Shown here piece after piece: positions 10,166 to 20,400 of a stretch of DNA of 64,000 bases. How positions within the stretch are numbered: the stretch's first letter is position 1; the number at the start of each line of letters is the position of its first letter. Both the position numbers and the translations under genes were made by a program. Below the pieces are notes generated by a model. It saw only the letters and a list, made by a program, of their open reading frames with translations, ran no database searches and had not been told where the DNA came from. The DNA is from Bacteroidales bacterium UBA1797 (GTDB lineage Bacteria > Bacteroidota > Bacteroidia > Bacteroidales > VadinHA17), in contig DCFT01000028.1 of assembly GCA_002319885.1 (NCBI GenBank), positions 88,834 to 152,833 on the forward strand. Reading direction: 5' to 3'.

Positions 10166-11941
10166 ATGTTTAAAAATCGTTTTCTCAGAGGAATAATTAA
10201 TCAAAATCTTTTTGAAATAGATCAGGTTAAATTAGTTTACTTTCTTAGCCTGGTTGTTGGCTTGCTTAGTGCCCTCGCCGCTGCTTTCCTTAAGTATTCG
10301 ATTCATTACATGCATAAAATACTTACGGAAGGCATTACGGCTGAGTCGGGTGGTTATCTCTACCTGGCTTATCCTCTTATTGGTATGTTATTGACCTATT
10401 TGTTTGTCAGATACATTGTCAAGGATAATATAGGTCATGGTATAAGCAGGATTCTTTTTGCAATATCCAGAAAGAGGAGCCACATTAAGACGCATAATAC
10501 CTGGACTTCAATAATTGCAAGTACTCTTACAATAGGATTTGGAGGGTCTGTTGGAGCAGAGGCTCCTATTGTGCTGACCGGATCTTCCATTGGTTCAGCT
10601 ATGGGTCGGTTTTTTAAGCTGAATTATAAAAATATTACTCTGTTAATAGGCTGCGGTGCTGCAGGAGCTATTTCAGGCATTTTCAAGGCGCCGATTGCGG
10701 GTATTGTTTTTACACTTGAAATTCTGATGCTCGACCTTACCACATCATCAATTGTTCCGCTCTTAATATCATCGGTAACGGCTGCAACAATAGCTTACTT
10801 TCTGATGGGAAACACGGTTCTTCTTTCCTTTAATGTAGCTGGTGCATTCGATGTTTCAAATATTCCGTGGTACCTTCTGCTTGGTGTTATTTCGGGTTTA
10901 ATTTCGCTCTATTTCTCGAAGATGACACTGTTTCTTGAGGGAAACTATAAGAAGATTACGAATTCCTACTTAAAACTTACTCTTGGCGGGATTGTGCTGG
11001 GAGGAATGATTTATTTGTTTCCTCCATTCTTCGGTGAAGGTTATGATACGATTATGTCACTCCTCCAGGGTAATTCTGATATGGTTTTTAAAAGCAGTGT
11101 ATTCAGTCAGCACTCTTCAGGTTTTTTGTCTATAACACTGTTCATGGCAGGGCTGGTATTTTTTAAAGTGTTTGCAAGCAGTTCCACCAATGGGGCGGGT
11201 GGTGTTGGAGGGATATTTGCACCGGCATTATTTCTGGGAGGAGTAAACGGATTCCTTTTTTCAGGTCTTTTAAAAAGAATTATCGATATTGACCTGCCTG
11301 ATAACAGATTTGTTCTTGTGGGAATGGCGGGTACAATGGCAGGTATCATGCATGCACCGCTCACAGCTATATTCCTGATAGCAGAGATCACTGGTGGCTA
11401 TAACCTTCTTATCCCGCTTATAATAACGTCTACAGCCGCATATATTACCACAAGAAGCTTTGAAAAACATTCAATTTATCACGTTCAGCTGGCAGAAAGA
11501 GGAGAACTTATAACTCACGATAAAAACAAGGCTGTATTAACCCGGATGAATTGGAAGAGGGAAATTGAAACTGACCTTTTAAAGGTAAAGCCAACGGATA
11601 ATCTTCGCGAACTTGTTAAAATAATTGCCAGATCAAAAAGAAACCTGTTCCCGGTAGTTGATGAATACAATATTTTAGAAGGAGTCGTTTCTCTTGATGA
11701 TGTCAGAGAGATAATGTTCCAGGATGAATTATATGATACTACTTTTATGAAGGATCTTATGACTATTCCTCCTTCTTATATTGATAAAAAGGAAAATATT
11801 GAAGCTGTAATGGAGGCGTTCAGAAAAACTGGTGCCTGGAACCTGCCTGTGCTGGAGGATGGATATTACGTTGGATTTATATCCAAATCAAGGGTTTTTT
11901 CTACCTACCGTGAATTACTTGTGGAATTAGCAGAAGAATAG
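10166..11941 (+). CDS. ClC family voltage-gated chloride channel with C-terminal CBS pair
   Basis: GSVGAEAP and [10 protein letters not shown] selectivity-filter-like motifs, multiple TM helices and a C-terminal CBS-domain pattern. Confidence 0.9.
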   Translation: MFKNRFLRGIINQNLFEIDQVKLVYFLSLVVGLLSALAAAFLKYSIHYMHKILTEGITAESGGYLYLAYPLIGMLLTYLFVRYIVKDNIGHGISRILFAISRKRSHIKTHNTWTSIIASTLTIGFGGSVGAEAPIVLTGSSIGSAMGRFFKLNYKNITLLIGCGAAGAISGIFKAPIAGIVFTLEILMLDLTTSSIVPLLISSVTAATIAYFLMGNTVLLSFNVAGAFDVSNIPWYLLLGVISGLISLYFSKMTLFLEGNYKKITNSYLKLTLGGIVLGGMIYLFPPFFGEGYDTIMSLLQGNSDMVFKSSVFSQHSSGFLSITLFMAGLVFFKVFASSSTNGAGGVGGIFAPALFLGGVNGFLFSGLLKRIIDIDLPDNRFVLVGMAGTMAGIMHAPLTAIFLIAEITGGYNLLIPLIITSTAAYITTRSFEKHSIYHVQLAERGELITHDKNKAVLTRMNWKREIETDLLKVKPTDNLRELVKIIARSKRNLFPVVDEYNILEGVVSLDDVREIMFQDELYDTTFMKDLMTIPPSYIDKKENIEAVMEAFRKTGAWNLPVLEDGYYVGFISKSRVFSTYRELLVELAEE

Positions 11942-11961
11942 ATGTCTTAAAATTATATACT

Positions 11962-13242
11962 ATGAAAAGAGATACTTTAATTTTTGATCTTATTGAACAG
12001 GAACGCCAACGTCAGATAAATGGGATAGAACTGATTGCCTCCGAAAATTTTGTCAGTCCGCAGGTACTGGAAGCAATGGGATCAGTAATGACTAATAAGT
12101 ACGCAGAAGGGTATCCCGGATATCGTTATTATGGTGGCTGTGAGATTGTTGACCAGACTGAACAGATTGCAATTGACAGGTTGAAACAACTTTTTAATGC
12201 AGAGTATGCTAATGTTCAACCTCATTCCGGTGCTCAGGCTAATATGGCAGTCTTTCTGACTGTGCTTAAACCAGGGGATACCTTTATGGGACTAAATCTT
12301 GCACACGGAGGGCATCTTTCACATGGGTCGCCTGTAAATTCATCGGGTCTCTTTTATAAACCTATTGCCTACAGTGTTAAGGAGGAGGATGGTCTGGTTG
12401 ATTATGACATGATGGAGAAGATCGCTCTTAAAGAAAAGCCAAAGATGATAATAGGAGGGGCATCAGCGTATTCAAGGGAATGGGACTATGAAAGGATGAG
12501 AAAAATTGCTGATATGATTGGTGCTATTCTAATGGTTGATATGGCGCATCCGGCGGGATTGATAGCAGCCGGACTTTTAAAAAATCCGTTGGAATATGCT
12601 CATATAGTTACTTCAACAACACATAAGACATTACGCGGTCCGCGCGGAGGTATTATCCTTATGGGTAAGGATTTTGTCAATCCATGGGGTATTACAACTA
12701 CAAAAGGAGAGGTAAGGATGATGTCTTCCTTATTGAACTCAGCTGTTTTCCCCGGTATACAGGGCGGCCCTCTTGAACATGTAATTGCCTCAAAAGCAGT
12801 TTCTTTTGGCGAAGCCCTATCTCCAGATTTTAATGAATACCAGTCAAGGGTAAAAAAGAATGCACTGGTTATGGCAAATGCATTTATGGATAAAGGCTAT
12901 AAAGTGATTTCAAATGGAACTGACAATCACCTTATGTTAATTGATCTGAGGACCAGATTTCCTGAAATTTCAGGTAAAAAGGTTGAAAACACTCTCGTGC
13001 AAGCACATATTACAGTAAATAAAAATATGGTTCCATTTGATAGTCGTTCTCCCTTCCTTACTTCCGGTTTAAGAGTGGGTACCCCGGCTATCACAACCCG
13101 CGGGCTTAAGGAAGAACACATGGGTGTAATAGTTGATCTGATTGATGAAGTTATATCAAACATTGAAAATCAATCAGTTATTGCAAAAGTAGGTGAGAAA
13201 GTTGTAAAAATGATGAAATCCTTCCCTCTTTTCTCAATGTGA
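11962..13242 (+). CDS. glyA: serine hydroxymethyltransferase
   Basis: ELIASENF, the PLP-site motif [15 protein letters not shown], full length 426 aa. Confidence 0.95.
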   Translation: MKRDTLIFDLIEQERQRQINGIELIASENFVSPQVLEAMGSVMTNKYAEGYPGYRYYGGCEIVDQTEQIAIDRLKQLFNAEYANVQPHSGAQANMAVFLTVLKPGDTFMGLNLAHGGHLSHGSPVNSSGLFYKPIAYSVKEEDGLVDYDMMEKIALKEKPKMIIGGASAYSREWDYERMRKIADMIGAILMVDMAHPAGLIAAGLLKNPLEYAHIVTSTTHKTLRGPRGGIILMGKDFVNPWGITTTKGEVRMMSSLLNSAVFPGIQGGPLEHVIASKAVSFGEALSPDFNEYQSRVKKNALVMANAFMDKGYKVISNGTDNHLMLIDLRTRFPEISGKKVENTLVQAHITVNKNMVPFDSRSPFLTSGLRVGTPAITTRGLKEEHMGVIVDLIDEVISNIENQSVIAKVGEKVVKMMKSFPLFSM

Positions 13243-13250
13243 TTTATCAG

Positions 13251-16200
13251 TTATTTGTTTTCGATAAGCGTGACTCCGGGATAACCCAGGCCGGCAAGTT
13301 CAGGATAATATTTATATGTTTCTTCACGTGTATAGAATCCGGTTACTAGCACATGATAGTAATCGTATTCTTTAATTATCTCAACCGGAAGCTTAAGTTT
13401 AGAAATGATTCTCCTTTGGACCCGTAAGGCCTCGGAATGCTTGTGATATGTTCCAATATGAAGTGAGATAGTCGGTTGGGGGCGGGGAGCAACTATCTTT
13501 TCCACAGCAACCTGTTCCTGCGTTGTTTCAGGTTTGAAAAGGGCAGGAATCTCCCTGTTCCATTCAACCCGGTCAATCAGTGGTTCCCTATGAATCTCCT
13601 CGGGTTCTTCCACTCGCGGTTTCTGAGGTGGTACGATCCAAATATCTTTAATTCCAAGTTTTCCAATAGTAGGCTCAAGCTTTTTCATCTCTTCCAATAC
13701 TGTCTGATCGATCATGGATGTTTCAATAATCCTAACTTTATAATAGCCTCCCTCAGAAACAATTACTACCTTATTATTGTGACTGTTTGTAAGCTGATCT
13801 TTAAGGTTTATGGCATTGGATCTCAAGCGGAATGCTCCCAGTTGTATCTCTATCTCAGTATTGGCTGCCACTGATGGATTTTCGTTAAGCCTGTCGGATA
13901 TTTTAGTAACAGTATCCTGTTTTTCAGTAACTACCCATTGTTGATGTTTTGCTTTAAGACTTATCACCCAGAGTTCATTAACACCGTTCTTATGCAAAAC
14001 GGAAATATAATCATCAACCTCTTTCCGATCATTGATTTCGGAGATCCTTACCTTATAGTAGCCGTCCTCAGACACTATTACTACAGGTTTTCCTATTATT
14101 TTTCCAATCTTCTTACGGTAAGCATCAGCGTTTTTCTTTTCCTTGAACGCACCCATTTGTATGGCATAACTGTCTTTTGATATTGTCACCAGTTCCTGCG
14201 TAACCTCATGTACAATCAAAAATGTAGTATCCTTCTTTATAACCGGTTTTGCCTGGAAAGGAAGATTTTTTCGGGTAGTGTCTCCAGGTATTCTATTTAG
14301 AATGAAATCCAGTCCGCTTACTATATCTCCATTGATGTTTCCTGCCACTGCGAACTGAATTGAATCAGGTTCACATCTCATGTCAAGTCTTCTAAGCTGA
14401 ACAGTGTCGAGCCTTACGGTATATTTCCCAGGAGCTAATCCGAAATAGCTAAAGTAGCCGTTGTCTTCAGTAAGCGATTTAGCAGTTGTTCTCAGTTTGG
14501 CGCCCCTTATATTTAAAATAATTCTTCCAAGTCCGTTCTTTTCGTTGCCGTTTTGAAGAAAGACATTTCCATTCGCCTCGCCAGCTACTGTAATCGGAAT
14601 CTCAATAAGTTTTAATATGTCAGGATCAACATAAACATTCAATGTAGGTTTTTGTAACCTCCAGGCAACATTTTCGAAACTATTGGGATCGAGTTCAATA
14701 AAACATGTGGTATAAGGTTCCAGTCCAAGTATTCTGATTGTTGAATCACGTTCGCTTTTTTCAATTCTGCCTCCGTTTGCATGCAGGTTTAATCCGTGCG
14801 CTTTTGGCTCACCCGGATCTTTCTTTCCATTTCCGTTAAGATCGAGGAAAGCCACAATAGAGATACCTCCTTTGCCTACATTGGTCCTGTTATCAGCACC
14901 CAGGTATCTTGTTTTTCTGTCGTTTATTAAACTGCCTCTGGCATATTGAATGAGAGTAGTCTTCTTGTCAGATTGTCTAACTGATGCACCTACCTGAGCA
15001 AAAGAAAAGTCATAGCGGAAACCAACTTCAGCCAATTTAAGATTAGTGCTGAAGATCTGTTCTACTGACATATTCAGGAATGCATGATCATGGATATGTT
15101 TCTCCAGTCCTGCTTTAATTGAGATTAATTTATTCTGAGTATATCCATATTGAGCCTGAGGCATAATGACAAAACCAGCTGGAAGCCGGAAAGCCAGAGA
15201 AAGGCTGCTGTATACAAAAGGTTTAGTATAATCAGCAAACAAAGCGCTGGTTGTAAGGTTTGTACTCACTCCTAAAATTGAACCTGAGAAAAGCCATTCC
15301 CCAGTTGTGTATTGTGAAGAAGGCAGAACAATCTGGTTAACAGAAAGCCGTTGATAAGTTAAAACCTTTCCTATTCTCAGGGGTATTGAAATAATTGCTC
15401 TGCGTTCTTCTTTGTAGTTAAAGTTGATGGCTTTCTGATCTTTATTATAATTTGTGTAATTCAGGTCCAACTGGATATTTGAAGGCAGCTGGTATGAAAG
15501 GGTTCCCTTTGTTCGTACTCCATAGGTGTATTCACCTGAAAGGAGCAGGTTGTTGGTAATCCTTAATGAAGCATTCATAAATGGCATTGAAGGTCCTGAG
15601 AGTACTGATGAGAGATACTCAATTCCTGCCCCAACGGTAAGACTACGTGTCACACCATAGTTAACATTCAATTTTGAATATCTGCTTGCAAGTGTATCTT
15701 CAACAATTCCTGCACTCAATGTATATTCTAAAGTTTTTTCAGGAAGGAAATTGAAAGGTATATTTATATTCTGCTCCTGTGTACGTTCTTCCCCCCAGGG
15801 TCCGTAAAATTTAAGTTTTACAACTGAATTTCCGTAGACCAGAGGAACCTGAAACGTATAAAATCCTGACGCATCGGATTTTACGTAATCAACCAGAACA
15901 TTATTTACATAAAGCTCTACAATCCAGCCAGGCTCTGTTTTGTTGCTAAGAGTATACGATCCAAAGGAACGTCTGTATGTTGTTGGTGTATTAGTGAATT
16001 GAACTCCAATAACAGGACTATAGATTGAAGATATTGCATTTGAAGCAATCTTTCCTGCAACGATCTGTCTCAAGGGTTTAAAATCATTATTTACATACCG
16101 CCATTGATAATACTGTTGTTTGTCAGAGAAGGTTTCGTTGCTGTTATAGTATAATGAGGCATTTGCCTCACCTCCGGCAATCATTGCGCCAATGTTCATA

Positions 16201-16835
16201 TTAATTGAAGTTGCTGACGCACCATTTATTTCTTCTGTTGAAATGGCTGACCAATCAGCCATCCCGAATTTAAATAAATGAGAGGTTCTGCCTATGGTCG
16301 TATCGGCAATAAGATCTCCCTTGAGATGGGTGAGATTTTTTCTCATCTCTTCCAGCTTCATCTCTCTTATTATTGGAAGTTCAAGCTTACTGTTAATGGT
16401 TGCCGAAAGACTTCTGAAATTAAATACGCAATCAAGTCCGAATACTTTTCCGAAATAAGATGATTTCAGATAAAGATTTGATTCTGTGCGAATCAGATCA
16501 CCAGGTTCCAGTTTATAAACTTTATCCTGATAGCGGATCTGATTGTCTGTCCTGCTGATAGAATATGTTGCATCAGGGTTGATGAAGAAACCGGTTATAG
16601 ATTCTAAATCTTTCGATGGTACATTTCTAATCTTTAGAAAATCAAAGAGATCAGTAACCGGTAGATATAATTCTTCTCCTTTAATTACTGCTGAAATATC
16701 TCCTGCGCCAACACCCCTGACGTCTATAAATACTGAGATTTCATCATATTCATTCTGTCCAAAAAGTGAAACTGAAGGGATAAAGATATAAAGCATCGTC
16801 AATAAAGTCAGATACCTGATCAGCATTTTTTTCAT
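13251..16835 (-). CDS. usher-like outer-membrane pilus assembly protein fused to three C-terminal SPOR repeats
   Basis: Signal peptide MKKMLIRYLTLLTMLYIFIPSVSLFGQ; an alternative ATG lies at 16880. The N-terminal ELYLPVTDLFDFL, a plug-like segment (RQIVAGKIASN..IGVQFTN...GWIVELYVNNVLVDYVKSDASGFYTFQVPLVYGNSVVKLKFYGPWGEE) and ILGLEPYTTCFIELD parallel FimD/PapC-type ushers. A long beta-strand-rich middle is followed by three SPOR repeats. Confidence 0.6.
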   Translation of the reverse strand: MKKMLIRYLTLLTMLYIFIPSVSLFGQNEYDEISVFIDVRGVGAGDISAVIKGEELYLPVTDLFDFLKIRNVPSKDLESITGFFINPDATYSISRTDNQIRYQDKVYKLEPGDLIRTESNLYLKSSYFGKVFGLDCVFNFRSLSATINSKLELPIIREMKLEEMRKNLTHLKGDLIADTTIGRTSHLFKFGMADWSAISTEEINGASATSINMNIGAMIAGGEANASLYYNSNETFSDKQQYYQWRYVNNDFKPLRQIVAGKIASNAISSIYSPVIGVQFTNTPTTYRRSFGSYTLSNKTEPGWIVELYVNNVLVDYVKSDASGFYTFQVPLVYGNSVVKLKFYGPWGEERTQEQNINIPFNFLPEKTLEYTLSAGIVEDTLASRYSKLNVNYGVTRSLTVGAGIEYLSSVLSGPSMPFMNASLRITNNLLLSGEYTYGVRTKGTLSYQLPSNIQLDLNYTNYNKDQKAINFNYKEERRAIISIPLRIGKVLTYQRLSVNQIVLPSSQYTTGEWLFSGSILGVSTNLTTSALFADYTKPFVYSSLSLAFRLPAGFVIMPQAQYGYTQNKLISIKAGLEKHIHDHAFLNMSVEQIFSTNLKLAEVGFRYDFSFAQVGASVRQSDKKTTLIQYARGSLINDRKTRYLGADNRTNVGKGGISIVAFLDLNGNGKKDPGEPKAHGLNLHANGGRIEKSERDSTIRILGLEPYTTCFIELDPNSFENVAWRLQKPTLNVYVDPDILKLIEIPITVAGEANGNVFLQNGNEKNGLGRIILNIRGAKLRTTAKSLTEDNGYFSYFGLAPGKYTVRLDTVQLRRLDMRCEPDSIQFAVAGNINGDIVSGLDFILNRIPGDTTRKNLPFQAKPVIKKDTTFLIVHEVTQELVTISKDSYAIQMGAFKEKKNADAYRKKIGKIIGKPVVIVSEDGYYKVRISEINDRKEVDDYISVLHKNGVNELWVISLKAKHQQWVVTEKQDTVTKISDRLNENPSVAANTEIEIQLGAFRLRSNAINLKDQLTNSHNNKVVIVSEGGYYKVRIIETSMIDQTVLEEMKKLEPTIGKLGIKDIWIVPPQKPRVEEPEEIHREPLIDRVEWNREIPALFKPETTQEQVAVEKIVAPRPQPTISLHIGTYHKHSEALRVQRRIISKLKLPVEIIKEYDYYHVLVTGFYTREETYKYYPELAGLGYPGVTLIENK
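13254..14168 (-). other. three tandem SPOR (peptidoglycan-binding) repeats at the usher-like C-terminus
   Basis: Repeats lie at about 13956-14168 (YAIQMGAFKEKKNADAYRKK...YYKVRISE), 13632-13853 (IEIQLGAFRLRSNAINLKDQ...YYKVRIIE) and 13254-13469 (ISLHIGTYHKHSEALRVQRR...YYHVLVTGF). Confidence 0.7.
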
Positions 16836-16911
16836 ACACCATGAAAATTGAAAGTTGGAGCATGTTCTTCTGATCGTCATTATTCTGTTTCCCTTATTAT
16901 TTATCGGAAAT

Positions 16912-17436
16912 TTATTCCTGGATGAATGTTATATAAAATGTGCCACTGAAATTGCCTGGTGGATTTGACGCTGAATTTCCAACAGTAAGCGTCCCCCCGA
17001 TGTTTAATACTGTATAAGCCGGCGGAATAGTAGTCATTATGAAAGGTGATGCCGGATTGGAGCTACCGATATGAAGCAATAATGAACCTCCGTTACTACC
17101 AGGTAATGACACATCAGGCCCGTTCAGAAGTGAAACCATCGTGCCCGGGTTGGCAACCAGTCTGTAAGTAACGGTTGAGAAAGAGTATCCAAGGTTTAGT
17201 AGTATTATATCCCCGGTAGCTGACCTCGCCCCTGCAGAACTGATGGTAACAGTGCCCCCCATAGCTCCGAGGGTGAACGCGCCGAAACCAAGGTTTTGTG
17301 TAACTGTTACAGAAATGGGACGTGGAGGTGGTTCCTGTGCAATCGTTTCCTGAAAAATAAAAAACAGAAAAATGATCGTAATTGGTAATATGCATGATTT
17401 AGACCTGATGAAACCTATTTTATGTACAGCTTTCAT
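16912..17436 (-). CDS. DUF4402-type pilin-like subunit (divergent fourth paralog, proline-rich mature N-terminus)
   Basis: Shares block order with the other three subunits: NLGFGAF, GGTVTISS, VTYRLVANPG, LNIGGTLTVGNSASNPPGNFSGTFYITF. Its ATG overlaps the stop of the upstream giant gene (ATGA at 17433-17436). Confidence 0.6.
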   Translation of the reverse strand: MKAVHKIGFIRSKSCILPITIIFLFFIFQETIAQEPPPRPISVTVTQNLGFGAFTLGAMGGTVTISSAGARSATGDIILLNLGYSFSTVTYRLVANPGTMVSLLNGPDVSLPGSNGGSLLLHIGSSNPASPFIMTTIPPAYTVLNIGGTLTVGNSASNPPGNFSGTFYITFIQE

Positions 17437-20400
17437 TGATTTTGTATAAATATTTTTTTTGAACTCATTCTGGAACCCGTAGAATATCTCACAAAATAAA
17501 TTCCTTCTTTTATTTGTGGGCTGAATTCATGGTAACCCTTTTCATAAATTTTTTCAACAAAAATTACCTGACCCAAAAGGTCATGAATCATAAATATACC
17601 TTTTCCTCCTTCCACAATGTTTACTTCTGCTTTCAGTTTGCCATGCGACGAATAAATACTAAAAAGATCGTTGGTTACTGCCTTCTCAGGGATATCTGTT
17701 GTTATATCGGAGAAATTCAGGAAAAACCTGTTATCATATTCGCCTGTTCCCAGATTCAGTTTGTATTTTTGGTCAGGAAGAAGGTCCTGATTTATACCTG
17801 TTACATTATCTGAAAGATATATTCGCTTTCCGGATAAAGACTCATCCAGATCGCGGATCCTGAATTCAATTGTTCCCTCCCTGTTCAGTTTAAGTCCAAG
17901 CGGGACTTCCAGGGTACCAGATAAAGGAGGCAAAGCCTTTATTGAGAGTTGTGTTCCGTCAGGGTTTACTATATAAAGATTTGCTACTGACAAATCAGTA
18001 TTAAGCAATTTTAATGCATCCATCTGGCTGTCAAAATCCGATGTCGCATTTTCATCAAAATATATCACCACCGGATCTTCTGAAGCAGGGTCGTCCGAAA
18101 ATCCTGAACTAAGCCGTAGTAATGGAACTGTTGCAGTATTTAACGATTTTGCGAAGGCATGAGTGAGATCAGTAATTCTAACACTGTTATTTACACCAAG
18201 AGTACCTGTGACCGGGTATGAACCATTAGTTACATGAATGAAAAAGCCCTGCATTGATGGAATGATGTTATTCACTATTCCATCACTTGATACACCATTT
18301 ATATAAGTACTGTAAGATCCTCCATACTGATCCGTTGTGCTCGCCCTGAAGTAATAGAGGGCATTATCAATATTTAATTTAGTCCAACCGGCTCCGGCGT
18401 TCCAGTTTATGGGGGAGGGGTATGGATTTCCTGTAAGATTAAATCCTTTTGTATAGGTATTATTGTGATTATAAAGTACTGTGGAAAGACTTCCATTATT
18501 TGGGGCTCCTGTAATATCCAAAGTAACAGGCGTACTTGCAGCCCCAAAATTAACTGCATATCCCTGAAGAGGGTTCAGGATGTTAGTAGTTGGTGAGTTA
18601 TAGCTGACCCATCCGGATGATGTGCGACTTTCATCGTACTTATAGAATGTGAAAGAGCCTAGTGTCATATCATCGGCAAACTCATTTACTGTCGCGGACT
18701 GGAAGGGAGAACTGAAATATTTATAACCGAATCCTGAAGAAAGATATCGTTGCATGGTTATATTGCCGATAATATTGCCTGAACCGGTTCCGGCAATAAG
18801 AGCAGTCTGAGCTGCTGTGGATATTAATGTTAAGTTTCCGCCTGAAGTGAGGTCACCGCTGGTTAACGTAACAGTGCCGGTGATATTAAGAGGGCCTTGT
18901 AATGTAACTCCGGTTGAATTATTTACAATCAGATCTTTGATTGTATTTGTGGCAAAAATGTTTGTTCCGATCGTCTGCGCTGCTGAACCGATCATTGAAA
19001 TACTACCTGATGTGGCTGTGAGAGTACCGTTATTAGTTATTGTTCCTGAGATCTGAAGTGTATTTCCTGAAACAGTAAGTGAAGTGCCATTATTAATTAC
19101 AAGATTATTGACTGACCCTATCGCTCCTGTGCTGAGAACAGGATACCTGGTGGAAGTCGGTATCTGAACCGATGTATTCGCTCTTGGAACACAATTGCAT
19201 AACCAGTTTCCTGTGGCATTCCAGTCTGTGCTCACTGAACCGTTCCAGGTAAGATTCGAAGTTATAACGATAGGGCTTGTGGCAGTTACAATACTGCATC
19301 CTCCGGAGGCGGCAATTGTATTGGTAACTGTATAGCTTCCTGGTGTGCTCGCAGAGATATTAACCTGTCCGGTGGCAGTGTTTATAAAGACTAAACCGGC
19401 AGTAGAGGAAAAAGTGCCTGCTATACCGCCACCACTATAAGTAGGAGAGGGATTAGCTGCATTCGGACAATAAGGCGTACCTGTATAACTGAAAGTAGCG
19501 ACAGGTAATGCTGTGACCGTAAGTGTGGCTGAAGTGCTGTTGGTACTTGAAGGCCCACAGGCGCTTGTCACAACACATCTGTATGTCTTGCCGTTTTTTG
19601 CAGTTCCAGGATTATTAAGAGTCAGCGTAGGTGTCAGAACCCCGCTATAAATGCCCCCATTGGATATATTTACATTATTCTCCTGCCACTGGTATGTAAG
19701 ATTATACCCGGAAGCATCTACACTAAAACTCGCATTTCCACCTGCACATATGGTTAATGGTTGTGGTTGATTGTTAAAAGTAATGCCACTGTATATTGTC
19801 ATTGTTACGGAGGTGGGATCGCTTTCACAACCATTAACTGTTTGCCTGACAGTATAATTGTAAGTGCCGGCAGAGGTTTGTCCTGTTGAATAGGGATTCG
19901 CAGTGCTCACCAACGTACCACCGCTATACCAGTGTATATTCTGACCTGTCGTAGCTTCCAGATATGTAATTTGATTTGAACAATATTCTTTATTAGGAGC
20001 AACAGGTGCGGCAGGAGTATCTGTAATTACGAAATTCTTAGTGACACTTGTCGAACCGCAGTTTCCTGTGTATGTATATTGTATCGGATAGGTTCCGGCT
20101 GAAGGAGGTGTGAAAACATTACCGGAAATATATGAATTTCCTGAATAAGTTCCTCCCGCAGGATAACCAAAAGACAGGGTAATTGATCCTGCGCAGACAC
20201 TTGATGAGGGGAGATAATTAGAAACTGTTTCACCGGCATCTAAAGAATAGAATGTTGAAGGGGAAGATTGATTATTGTATTCTGTTTTCATCCAACCGTC
20301 TGATCTCACTTCGTCAGAAATACGGAGTTCATCAAACCTTCCGCTGAAATAATAGTTTGATTCAAAAGGTTCCTTACTGATAGTTAAAGTATTGGAAGCT

